Assembly: GCA_964035545.1 (NCBI GenBank)
Contig: OZ037769.1
Coordinates: 6,491,929-6,555,928 of the forward strand
Direction: 5' to 3'
DNA from: Bugula neritina
Taxonomy: Eukaryota; Animalia; Bryozoa
Length of the DNA stretch: 64,000 nt
A program made the position numbers and the translations under genes. The notes beneath the pieces are model-generated. The model was not told the origin of the DNA. It ran no database searches and saw only the letters and a program-made list of their open reading frames with translations. This document shows, in pieces, positions 41,329 to 64,000 of this stretch; the first letter of the stretch is position 1; every line of letters starts with the position of its first letter.

Positions 41329-42691
41329 ATGTAGGTCTATATTATCAAAATATGTAGGAAAACATGAAAATGATTTTAAAAAATATCAAGTAAAATTATG
41401 CCATTTAATTATGGAACAAAGTTGCTCCTTTTACAATGGAAGTACTTTTGTTGCCGCATATTCAGTAAAGCAAAACGTTTTAATAATATTAAAAGTACTA
41501 AACTGCAAAAAACCTGTAAATATATTTTGAAGTACCACGTATTGTGAAAATTAAAAGCTTGATCAGCCTTTGCTCATATAGAAATAATTATCAAAAAATA
41601 ACTCCGTTTGCATTTGTTGCATTGACTATCATGAAGTTACTGGAAAAATCTGGGAAAAAATATCACATAACTTAGCAATTAACTCTTCATCAACCAACCA
41701 CAACTGCAATCCTTTGTTCTAACCCAGGGAGACAGAAGATGAAAAGACCCGATGACTAGGCTGTGTTTCTATACTACAAGGGACACCTGTGTCTATAGAG
41801 AAAGAGCAGTCTACACTTACATCATCCTTAGTGAGCTAGCATCAGCCATCACCTGAACACACTGTGTGAACATTTACTTGTCGTTATTAACAAAACAAAA
41901 CACACATTAAACAGCATTACAACTTCACACACTGAACTACTAACATAGTAGCAAAATATTATTTATTTATATCATGTATAGTTTATACAAACCAACAGAT
42001 TTTGTAAGGTGACTACTGATTTCTTATTCAGCAGTGTATTATAATGTGCCACCTATGTTATAGGTAGAACAAAAAAGATACAAAAATAGTATAGTCCTAT
42101 TAGGAAAACAAAATATATAGTTGTATAGACTAACAGAGTATAATACTGCAATGCAGCTACTTTAATAAATACTGAGCAACCAAACATAATTTCAATTCCA
42201 AATAAAATTCCAACCAACTATTTATGCTTCAAAATATCTCTCAAAATTAAAAGGGCAAGTTTTGTTGCAGTATTTCTTTTACGCTGAAAACAATATATAT
42301 GTTGAAAAGGCAGGCCTGTAGGATATTATCAGGAGTTGCCCCTGGCTCTGTGGGTGTACACTGCCAGTAGAGTTTTGGTATTCCAACAGAAATTACTATA
42401 CTTTAAATGTGCTCAGCAAATATGCAGAGATTGTTACAAAAATCTTAAATAAAAAATTAATAAAATAAAAACATTTCCTAAGATATTTGACATTAAAAAT
42501 CACAGCATGTTATAAAATTATCCTCAGTCAAAGATACCAGTCTTATGAAATGAAGATGATGAGAAAAGTCAAGATGACTTTACAAATCATTTACATAAGA
42601 GTGTGGATGCCTGCCTTAGCTAATAATGATTCTACTGTCAAATAGATATTAGTTTAAACTGAAAAAATTTCAATTTGGTAGACACGCTAGT

Positions 42692-45600
42692 TTACTTTGT
42701 CAACATACACTGAGTTCCTGACTTAAAAGCATCGTCTCTCGAGCCGTCGGTAACAGCGAACATAGGATACACTATTTCTTCACTAGGAGGTAGCAAGAAA
42801 GGTTGAACAGAGTCTAAGAAAGCTTCATAGTCATCTTTAGTCCTACAGTAGAAGCCTAATGCACAGCTTGGGTCCATGCTAGTGAAGGGAATCTTCTTAG
42901 GGTAGACGCAATGATAAGACTGCAAAGGGAAGTCCCTTTGTGAGGTGTCCACTGCATCTTGCACAAAGTGAGGATCTAAGACTATCAGTTTCTCATGCTG
43001 GAAGCCAACAAAGTAGAGAGAATGGCCAGGAGTGCCTCCAATAACTCCTAAGAAACTTTTCTGAGTAAAAAGACCTACAAATAAATGACTTGTCTGTCTC
43101 AGAACAGCACATGATAGATGTGCACCATGATTGTGAGCACAATTGTAAACTGGTGAGGGAGAATGGAAATTAAACTACTCATTATTATCGACCCACAGCA
43201 CATTTATGTCTAGTAGAAATAGTTTTTCTCCATGCTATGACTACAAATATGCATTAAATAAATCACTCAAAATGATATACATTCCACATTTCACTTTACA
43301 TTTATTAAACTCTATGCCAATTCAGACATGCCTTATTCACACTTGGATAATTTTCTTGATACAATTTGTATCATAAATTTATAATTGGCTAGGATAAAGA
43401 GTTATAAAGTTGCAATAACTTACCAACCCTTGACTATAAATATAAACTTACATTTTGCAATGCACACATGCAAATCTACAGATACAAATTTAACTTTTCA
43501 ATATATACAAGCTGAGAGGAAACGCTGACTTGCCTTTCAGACACGGAATATATATAGGGTTCAGGGAGTCAGCACCTAGTCTGACAGGTACAATAATAAT
43601 CAGCGCCCTCCAGGACTCGCTAAAACCACTGTCAGTAGAAGAAGAACCTGCAAGTACATGCAGCGGTGTGACAGTAGCATGGCTCAGGTAACTTATGACA
43701 CTGTGCATATTTGTGCATATTACTTGTTGTGTCCCATTATAAATATTGAAATTTGATTTAATACTCTAAATACTTTATAAACAGGCTTGTAATGTAGTAC
43801 ATATGGTTGCTTGCTATGACGCAGTTCAGATTATTCATAGAGCAAACTGCAGAATTTCAATAAGTTTTATTGCAAATATTTAAACTACTGAAGGAGTGTG
43901 AGACATCTAAAGGGAGAAAAAGGCTTCATGAATAAAAAGCCTAAACCATGGTGCAATATATGAGAAGTTGATGTGCTGTTGCTTAAAGACTCTGTGGCAG
44001 GTACAGAACTATACTCATACAATGCAATACACAGATTGTGGATAACTTTTTCGCGTTTGAAAATTAGAAAGGTATATAAAAAAAATCCCATTAAAGAATA
44101 ATGGAACATGTAGAATAATATAATTTATAGAATACCTCCGTAGACCAAATCTGTAACGTCCTTTTTATAAATACAGCAGTCAGGGGCGACGTACACACAC
44201 GTCTGACTAAGTAGAGGAACAAACTCTCCAGCTATCTGGCTAGCTTTCTCTAGTAGGGTTGCAACATGGGCCGGCCCAAACCATTGACCTGTATATATAA
44301 TTCCATCAGAAACTACATGTAAGCACTGACGAATGCATGTCTTTTCTCATTCTAATTTATGAAGATGCAGATAGTGTATTTGCTTGTTGAAACATACATA
44401 CATACCTTAGTGCTGCTAACAGCAAGTTATTTCTCTGGTGGGAATACAGACACACAAGTTGAAAGAAAGCAATTTTGCAGCAATTGAGAGGGCAATCTGT
44501 AATGATCGCTTAAATAGTCGAGATGGAGAATAAGGGGTGTGTGCTGAGATGACGTTATGTAATGATAGAGCGGGTGTTGCAAGAGCTCATGACATGCCGA
44601 GAGTTGGGAGGAGGGGAGAGATATTATGCAGTTGTGAGAGCAAATAGTTGTTAAAATTCTTCCCTTTATTAGGTAATCAGCAAAACACATCTATTTAATG
44701 CAACCCTTGAACTCCTTCCTAGCTAAAAAGTTTAATGTCCTTTTACATGAAAAATGACAATATCTCAAAATACTATCTTGAAAATTATGGGGAATTTGAT
44801 CTTTCAAGACAAACTGTAGCATAGATAAGTGCGTTAAATCACAATACAATTGTTGGTAAATCATTACTGCAAGACCAACAGTAATTTATAAACCAATTTC
44901 GGAGTTACACACAACCTTTTGCATGGCCTTTCAATCAATAATTCCAAAAACAATTGTGAAAAAAAAGGAAGTTTAACTGTTGCTAACACAACATACACAT
45001 TGTAACAAAACAATGTAGGTATTACAACGTGCGTAAAAACAGAAGCCTCAAAGAATGAAGAGCATATATAAGTGGACAAACAGTTGCCATTTACTCATTC
45101 TAAATATAGAGGATCAACGTACCAGCTTTCCTGTCCACTGATTTGCCGATAGCCACCAGTCTATGTAGAGAGAAGGGGCTATTCGTAAATGGTTTGTCAG
45201 CAAACCACTTTATAATCTCTCTGTGCAGCAGAGCTGTGGAATTAGACTACAAATAGTAAAGGTACATAGCTATCTTACTGATTAGAATGTGCTGCAGCCT
45301 GCTTTCCTATAAGACTGTAATAAAACCAGTACACGTTTTACATCTGCTAGTGCTCTACAGAGTATAGGGGTAGGGTAGATACAGCACACCACTGCTGTAT
45401 AACTACAACTATGCACAGTATGCAAAACCAAAACAAACCTACTTAATACTACATATACAGTACAATGCGTTCCACAAGAATGTGTAGAATTGACTAGAGA
45501 ACTTGGGCCACTTACTTCATCATCGAACATGTTCCACTCCCTCCCAAGAAAATGAACTACGAGAGCTTGGGCTAACATCATCTGTCCACTACGAATCATA

Positions 45601-47603
45601 CAGCCCCAGCCAGTGTCCGAGCTGAGCTGTGTATCTGCTATACATGGGAAACCTTGACGGTACGTCAGCCAGATTCGGCTTGTAAAATCTTGTTTGAATT
45701 TTATTAGCGTGAATTGTACTTTATCTTCTTCACCTTCTTCCAACGCTTCCCGAATATCATAGCATTGACTGGTAAGAAACATACAATGGTAAAATATACT
45801 TTGGTAAAAAGAGCTCAAAATAGCTATAAAGTGGAAACACTAAAAATAAGGAACCTACATTAGTATATAAAAAACATAAACTGAAAACTAGAAAACCTAA
45901 AATACAAGATAAGGAAGATACCATGATGGTAAAAGATAAAAAACTAACAATCGTTATTTATGTTAATAAATACTGACAAAAAGTTTAGGAAACAAAATAC
46001 GAGTATATTACTTTTATTATAATTTAAAAAGGAGCTACAAACTAAAATGTTTTGGTGATAACTTTAGACTAATGGCAGCAGAGAAGAATGTTTCATTTTA
46101 ACCTGATTTCTTACATACAAAGCAAAACGTACCTCAACAGAAAAATGGCTTTCTTTTTGTGGAAATTACTCTTCAATTTAACCGACCACGAGCCATACTT
46201 GACATTGTGCCAGAACCCAACAATTCTATTTCTCATTTTATCCGTGGTTTTGGCGGGTTTGTCAGGACGGCCTCTCCTAAGATGGCGACGAGCATCAACG
46301 TCTGTTGGGGAGTTCAGCAGAGGTGGAGTGCATTGGTCCACCACCGTGAAACTTTCTGAAGGAAATAAAGAGACGTTTGGTGAAGATGGTAGAATAAGGA
46401 GTTAAGTTTGTAGAATGGTATAGCCATTGTACTATAATCCCCTATAATATAATAATAATAAGGTTATAGTTTCAGTTCAGTGGGTATAGCAATGAGAGAA
46501 ACAGGGCTGGGTGTATAAAGAAGTTCTACTAAATGGAAAATAATTATGATTAGTGTTCAATCAGCTGAATTTTTAAAGAGTTGATTGTTGGAACCGTTTG
46601 AAAATAATTTCTCAAAAAAAAAACTCAACACACTGGTTACAATATAAAAATGAAAGTAATCAAATTTTTTTCTGAGTCCAGCCAAAAGTCTGTACTGAAT
46701 TTAGACACTTTCTAATGTACATTGGTCACAAACCAATAGGTGAAAAGTGTAATGGAAGCTTTTCAGAAAAAACAACAATTGGTGATAAAAGAAAACACCA
46801 GGAAATAACCTTATCACAGCTATTACTATCATACAGCGTATTATTGTGATGTGTTGCTCAATGCAAGGACAATGCTAGAACATGATATAGCAACTCTAAT
46901 AATAGGCAATACAGATAGTGGGAATTATATAATTGACTAATGTGTCAACATTTTAGATAAAACGAAAAAATTTAATTATTAAATCTGTCAGCTAATAAAA
47001 ATAGGCCAATAAAATTTTACCAAATTAAAAAGTATGTTATCACTAATGATAGTGTCGGCGATAAACTGCACTTTTATACTATTCTAGTGTGACACAAAAA
47101 TCATGTTCACCAGAAGAGGTAAACAATAAATATATGTAGACTATTAGTAATAAATACATGCAATTACAAAGCAGTGATTTAATAGTTTATTTGTCAACTA
47201 AATGCCTCGCGATTAGACATATTACCACACCCACATGTACACATACACCCGTACAATGCACACACACGTACACACTTACACATAGATTTATACACATATA
47301 CACATACGTACACACATATACAGACATACACACACATAATACACACACATATCCGCATACATTTATACACACCTACACATATAGATACACGTACACATAT
47401 GGACATACACACGTAAACACATATATACACACACCATCATCAAACTCCTCTGAGATAGGTCTATTACCATCCCCTTCACCATACTCGTCCAACTCATCAT
47501 CAGTAAAGACACTGTCAAAGCTCTCTGGTCCGCTGGCAGCACCAGAGACAGACTGTGCTGTCTTGGCAGCTAACGCTGACGCATACAGAGCAGGCAGGTT
47601 CAT
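42692..47603 (-). CDS. ATG4: Cysteine protease ATG4, ATG4C/D-like (peptidase C54), at least 7 coding exons
   Basis: Exons 47603-47435, 46355-46133, 45768-45516, 45246-45123, 44288-44136, 43647-43534, 43074-~42692. Motifs WHNVKYG (C/D-type), [10 protein letters not shown], catalytic [36 protein letters not shown] and [11 protein letters not shown]. The true 3' end may use a further exon (possible donor CAGT|GTATGT near 42710). Confidence 0.9.
47225..47432. repeat. Degenerate (CA/TA)n low-complexity repeat
   Basis: CACATA-type repeat directly after the ATG4 exon-1 donor; source of spurious H/T/Y and V/C ORFs. Confidence 0.9.
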
Positions 47604-50029
47604 AGTCTAAAGGGAAAGGACAAGTATGTGATGTTTATAACATTAGCTGATCTACCCAGCAATACATAGTCTAGGTATAGAACAGCTGTGGATACGTTAA
47701 ATTGTTGATAACTGATTTCTAAATAATGCAATGTTCAACATTTACATTGCATTTACAGAATGGTATACGTCGGGCCATTGTAAGCATATTATTAGTATTC
47801 ACCATAGCATTTTATTGGGTTCAATTTAACTATCGAGCAATCTACAAACACCGAGGTTTTGCAGCTTTATTATGAAATTATATTAAAAATAGTATCATTA
47901 TACAATGTTTTAAAAGGAAAATCCATTGAGTTGTCATTAGAAAAGTTATAACAACTTAAAAGTATTAACATAATCATCTTGCACTACCGTTGAATCACAT
48001 AATAAAGTTATGGTAACAAACAAGATAAGTATACAATTTCAAATAAACGAAATAAGAAATGAAGCATTACAAGATAAATTGCAACCACGAAAGGCATATT
48101 TCAACATCTTACTAAACAAAAGCACTACTTAGTTAACATACTTATAGAGAAAACAATTCAGTTAAAACTGTAAAACAATACCTTCAACAGCTTCTGTCCT
48201 TTAAAATCTGCTCCAGCATTTCAGTTGAGTCGACTAGGTCTAACAAGAAATTATAATGCTTTATACCATGCTAAAGAAAACACTGTGACATAATATTTCA
48301 GACACACAGTATTAAAATAGCAACGTTACACTTTTTAAGGCTACGATGACGCTTACAACGTAAAAAAATAACTTTAAAAATTCAACATCAATGGCAAAAT
48401 GATTTATTTACTTATATTATAAAAATATATGATTGGAGTTTTATTTTACAGTTCTTTTAAAGAACTACTTGTGGCGATGATCATAGCCAGTTTTTAGTGA
48501 AGCCTTATCTAAAAATAGTTTTCTTCAACCTTACTGCAGAGGCTGAAATGTATTTTTCAACAGGCCAGCCCTTTTCTATTTGTAAAATTAACCAAAATAC
48601 ATTCAGACTTGAGAAGTTATTGGGATTAATTCCTAAGACAACTTTTCTATGGATCCCCTAAACTTTTACTTATAATTTGAAATATCTACCAAGCCTGTAC
48701 CCACGAAAATAAAAAACGGTACCCATATTGAACTGGACTTAAATTTCATCAACATAAATTATATCTGCCATACCATTTACAACAACCATTTAGGAATGTG
48801 GTATTCACAAATTAATTGCTATAAATAATAATTACGACTATGTTATCATTGGATCTTCCAAAAAAGAGATTTCTTGTTCTCGATTGCATGTTTACATAGC
48901 ACTAAAATGAGAAAATTGTTTTCACTTTTTTTGCTAATCATACCTTAGTTTTTCAACCACTAGTTTTTTTTATAAAATAAAGCAAAAAATATAAAACAGA
49001 TCTCAAAATTAGCAGCATTATGAATCCTTATTACAAAAAATAAACTTTATAAATTAAACAATAAAAGTCGGGCAAAACTATTATACATTAATGAAGCTAT
49101 GCCTATTGATTATCATTGGGTCTATACATGAAATAAAAAAAAGATAACAAGAAATATGAATATTAATATAAACTATAATCATTAGCCTTACTACTAGTGA
49201 TTATCAAAATCCCTAGAAAAACCACTCCTACCAGTACTACTACTAGTACTAGCAGTTGCACGTCTAATTTTACGCTGTGCTGAACTATTTTTATACACCA
49301 TAATCATACTGATACTCATAGTGAATGGAATAATAAATAGTAAATCACTTAAAACAAAATTATCATTTAATTTTATGGAATCTAAACTTTAAAGGAGCTC
49401 AAGTTCAACGAATCAGACTAACTTGAAATCTTAAATTCAACGATAGCTGTGTACCACTACCAGAAGGCAGTAAGATTACAAGAAATTGACAACACTAGCG
49501 TTTCTTTCATAGCCAATCTGAGTGAGTCTGAGTCAGTCAGACTCACTCATTCATGTCTGCTGACTCAGAGTCCGTGACTCTGACAGCTAAGAAATAAATC
49601 TACTTCTGGTCTAGTCACCACCACCCTCACTGTGACTATCGAAATTACTATTATTCACTGATGCTGATAGTACTGATTCAGTGAGTAGCTTAGTGTCAGA
49701 CTCAGTGTGAGTGTTATCTCCAAGCCCATCATCATCATGGCTGGTGGCTCTGATTTTCAGCACACTCAGTCTCACATAATGATAATGATAATCATATTTA
49801 TATTCATATTGATAATGATATTGATATCACTTAGTTCACTCGATTAAACCTTTTACACATTACCTAGCTTATAAAATTATACGTACAGCAACCATAAAGC
49901 AACTTGAAAAATATTTATATGAATATTTATAGTAACACAATCAATGTAATTCAAATTGTATTATCTTAACATATGCTTAGTATAACTCTAACTGTTTTCA
50001 TTTATTGAGGTCTTTAAAACATTTACAAG

Positions 50030-50310
50030 CAAAACCTTGACCTTTGGATTGTGATTTTCCGGTGAGCTGACGTTAAACTTAGAGCTTCAAAAATAGAAAC
50101 AAGCTATAGATATGTCTCTAATAACAACTCTTTTTATACTAACAAGTTGCAGTTTTTAAAAAACAAGAGCTAAGATCTAGCGAGTGATGTACGCCCCAGA
50201 ATGCCTCAAAGTACTAACTTCCGCAACTTTTATTCTTGCCAAACTCTAGTAGAATTTAATCCATTGCCAATCCTCAATGAACTACACTAGGCCAGTTCTA
50301 TAAAGTAAGC
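50030..50310. promoter_or_regulatory. Putative shared promoter of head-to-head ATG4 and kinesin heavy chain
   Basis: Motif cluster (TGACCTTTG, TTCCGG, TGACGT, ACTTCCG) flanked by a - strand donor at ~49863 (CTAG|GTAATG) and a + strand donor at ~50304 (AAA|GTAAGC). Inference only. Confidence 0.4.
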
Positions 50311-50609
50311 TGATTCAGTCATTTATTAATTTTAAATTTGTTTAGCTGTTGTTTTTAAGTTATTTATTTGAGCTACTTGTATACACTGCACAATAAACTT
50401 CTATATTTTAAAATGCTATAGTGAAAAACTAAGTCAGAAACTCGAACTGAAAGTAAAACTCGGAGTCAAACTCAAGCTGAAACCCAGTTTGAGTCTCAAA
50501 CTTAAACTATTACCATTGTCAATGAACCTGGCTATATTCTTGTAACTTGAACTTATAAGTTGTAAGTATTTTAATTTCAATGATCCCAATAAATATTTAT
50601 AATTATAAG

Positions 50610-50745
50610 TAATACTAATAGTAATACTAATACTAATACTAATAGTAATACTACTAGTAGTAGTACTACTACTAGTATTACTATTACTATTAGTATTAGT
50701 ATTACTATTAGTATTAGTGATACTAGTAGTAGTACTAATAGTAAT
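50610..50745. repeat. Palindromic TAC/TAG/TAA simple-repeat tract
   Basis: A (TAATAC/TAATAG)n arm is mirrored by a (GTATTA/CTATTA)n arm around TAGTAGTAGTACTACTACTA. Confidence 0.8.
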
Positions 50746-53559
50746 AGAGAAATATTATGGTCACATCATTAATAATTAATATTATATTAATATATTTTTG
50801 TTTTAATTTGATAATTTATGTAAATATTGACCTTAACCAGTATTATTTAATTATAATATTAATAGTAATTTAATTACAATAACTAATGATATTAATAATA
50901 ATTGCAATTATAGAATTATACTATAACTATTAATAATTGTTACTATTACTGTTAATATAGTTATAATACTAGTACTTATAGTTTAAATAGTAAATATTTT
51001 TACTTATACTGTTTGATAATTATAAGTGGTATTTATTCATATTGTGATGATCAATAGTAATATAATAATAATAATAATATTGATAATGATGATCATACTC
51101 ATAATAATAATCATAAAGTAATAATGATAATTGTATTTGTTGTAACTACAATCAATAGTAATTACAGTACTACTAGCACTACTAATAGTAATAGTAACAG
51201 CAATACTATTATTGCAATAATAACTTTTATTTTAGTGTAAAACTAAAGAACTATCACTATGAAATTTAAGCCGAGTGCATATAGTCTCATGTTAAGGTTG
51301 TGATGCTAGATAGGTATTTTAGTGGTGGTGCAGTAATGGGCAATAATACATAAATGTTAAATGATAGTTCAGTCAATTTAGTCTCACAGTTTTTTTTAAG
51401 CTATTGAGTTAAGTAATAAATTTAATATGGCCATAGAGCTGTAAAACTAGTAATATCATGATTCTGCTAATTTTATTCAATTATTTTATATCTTAATTTA
51501 AATTAACATTTCTTTTCTCAATTGATATGCTCTACAATAGCATTTATAATAATAATAATTATTCTATTCACTGTTGTGTTTTATTTAACCACCAAGGGAT
51601 AACATTACACTGGCGCCTACCTTAACTTTCAGCTTTAAATTCATAGCTTGCTTACATGCTTTTTGACAAATGGTATTATTTCATTATCAATATCAGATTG
51701 AGATTAGTGATTTGACTTTTAGTTTTTCAGTAAGTATATCTTAGTTATATAAGTTGTGGAATTTTTGCATTAATGTGTGATCATGTTTTTGAAAGCTAAT
51801 AAATTCAAATCAAGTCAGCATTTGAGTTTCTTACTAGTTATTCATTACAGTGTGAGCCTGTTAGGTTCCTTGTCATTCTGATTATAATAATATTTCTAGT
51901 ATTCTGGTTTTGTTGGATTAAATTAATTCATTGTTTTTTTTTGTTTTGAGTTTTATAAATTCATTGCCATATTTTTATTAGACAGTTGGTTGCCTAACAT
52001 AATATAAATGCTATTACACCAACTCTTTTCAGCTATGCTAAAGACAAATTATATTAACAAAAATATACTGATTTTATTATTGTATTAAATAATATTAAGT
52101 TGATATCATACGCTTATTCTGGCAACATAAATATGATAAGGATTAATGCTTGTCACTTAGAAATTAGTTATTATTATTCATATCTCTATATGTTCTTATA
52201 TATTAATGTGTATTTAGTGGTTTAGAAACTATGCATAATTATTAATTATTCTCATTATGAAACACACTGAACAGCCAGTGTGTTTGTTGTTAGAATTATA
52301 TTGAAAGTTTAGACTAGAAGTGTTTCTATAGACCATAAATAAACTACTAGCTACTAGACATCACAACATATGTGTTGGATTACCCCTCTCTATATGTCAA
52401 AGTTTGCTTTCTGTGATTTTGTTGTGTTATCATTGATAATCAATTTTGTTTCGAATAGAAAATTTTCATTGAGATGTTCAAACTATTTTGATTGAATAAC
52501 ATGAAAGTTTATTTCCTATTCAACCTGATGTAAAACTGTTTGGTCTTTAAAACATATTTCATGAGAAAGAATTATCATTTTATAGACATAATGTATTCAC
52601 TAGCCGTCTTAGTATAAATAGTATAAAAATAGTATAACAAAATAGTATAAAAATTCTATCTATTGCAATAGTGCTTCTAATTTTATTTAAGTGAGAAATT
52701 ATGATTGAAGTTTTCTAATAGTACAAGTGCCTGTTGAAAGTTGGTCTAGGAAACTCTGCTTATTGTTAATCTGTTACTCAGCTGTTACACTTTTTACACT
52801 TATATTCTTTTGATCAGTTTCTTTGAAACGGGGTTTTCAAGATACGCTTGTGCTAGTCCAATGACATTCTACATATGTTGTGTATGTCAAACTGTAGGCC
52901 TATATAGGTCACTTTACTTAATTCAGCACACACTATGTATCTCTAGTTTTTAGCTATTTTTCACAGTTTAGCCGCTAATGTATATAGTTTCTTGCATTAA
53001 ACTGATAGACTATTAACAAACACAGCTGAATAAACAAGGTTTTTTTTCTAATTTTTCTTGGTTCTCTATTTTTGATCCTAATTCTTTAGTAAATTTGGTG
53101 TGCGGGTGTGATGAAAAGCATTTTATGATGATTATGGACTCCATCTCATATACTATGTACTCGGGAATTGCTTATTCAGCTGCTATGGGGCCATCTAAAT
53201 TTTAGTCTTAATATTATTTACATATTATAATAAATAGTTTATGCTTACTCAATATGCATTTTTCGGTATTGTTTTTAGCCATGCATTTTATTTGTGAGAT
53301 AAATTGGTAAGTCATGACTTTCATACAGTTCAGAAATACTATAAACAACGGAGTTTTGTTTTGTGAACTTGAAACTTTTGTTGGAGACACTCGGGACGCA
53401 TATTTTTGTTAATGTGTGTGGAGTCAATATATTTTATATAGCGATGTTTATGGGGAGGGCCAGTCTTAGGATGCTAGAGAAAGTGGTTTGTGAAAGTGTC
53501 CAAGCATACTGTTTAACCTGCTTGTAGTTGAAGTTACTTGGTAGAGCTATCTAGTCAAG

Positions 53560-63697
<10,138 letters not shown>

Positions 63698-64000
63698 GTC
63701 TGTTTCATTGCACTCGCCCACTAAAATGTTGGCTAACACACACTAATTCTGTTTTTAGTTTAATTTTGGTTATAGGCATTGGTTGGTGTGAATAATTTTT
63801 TTTATTATGGATGTTTTCATTTAAACAGCAAGTGTTAGTCATACTCTGTGAGCAGAAGCTGTTGTTAAAACTTCCTGACACACTTTATTTATGCAGTATT
63901 GAAATATTCATATATATCTTGGGTTTTATGTATTGTGTATACTGTTTGAGGGCTGCATGCTCAAACGGTTCTGTTTAATAATAAATTTTATGCTGATAAT

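Noticed and set aside
47158-47610. 150-aa His/Thr/Tyr-rich plus-strand ORF
   Set aside because: CA/TA repeat plus the antisense of ATG4 exon 1.
48182-48219. Upstream in-frame start extending ATG4
   Set aside because: The ATG at 48219 is out of frame and stops within the exon; the in-phase frame has a TGA.

Overview
AT-rich, intron-rich genomic DNA from an invertebrate animal. The presence of a Rough homeobox gene and an invertebrate-type SERCA tail argue against a vertebrate; the species cannot be determined here. Spliced genes reconstructed by eye: MED15 (+, 3491-10232), TTLL9 (-, 10834-12374), SERCA/ATP2A (+, 16751-31926 or 33140), Rough homeobox (-, 34186-37982), an ATG4C/D-like protease (-, ~42692-47603) and kinesin-1 heavy chain (+, 53560 to beyond the window end). 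Mobile DNA: a dead Tc1 element interrupted by a 447-bp PIF/Harbinger-type MITE (second copy at 54755-55201), three copies of a hAT MITE, two copies of a tRNA-derived SINE, two 3' LINE fragments, and many intronic mini/microsatellites. The most interesting object is a splicing module in SERCA. Two tandem 134-bp paralogous exons (29670-29803 and 30103-30236) encode the luminal L7-8 loop plus M8, and only the second adds an N-glycosylation sequon between the two luminal cysteines. They are separated by an intron that can fold into two long hairpins, and they can combine with two alternative C-termini (11th-helix tail or KKxx tail). All exon structures are manual readings without RNA evidence.
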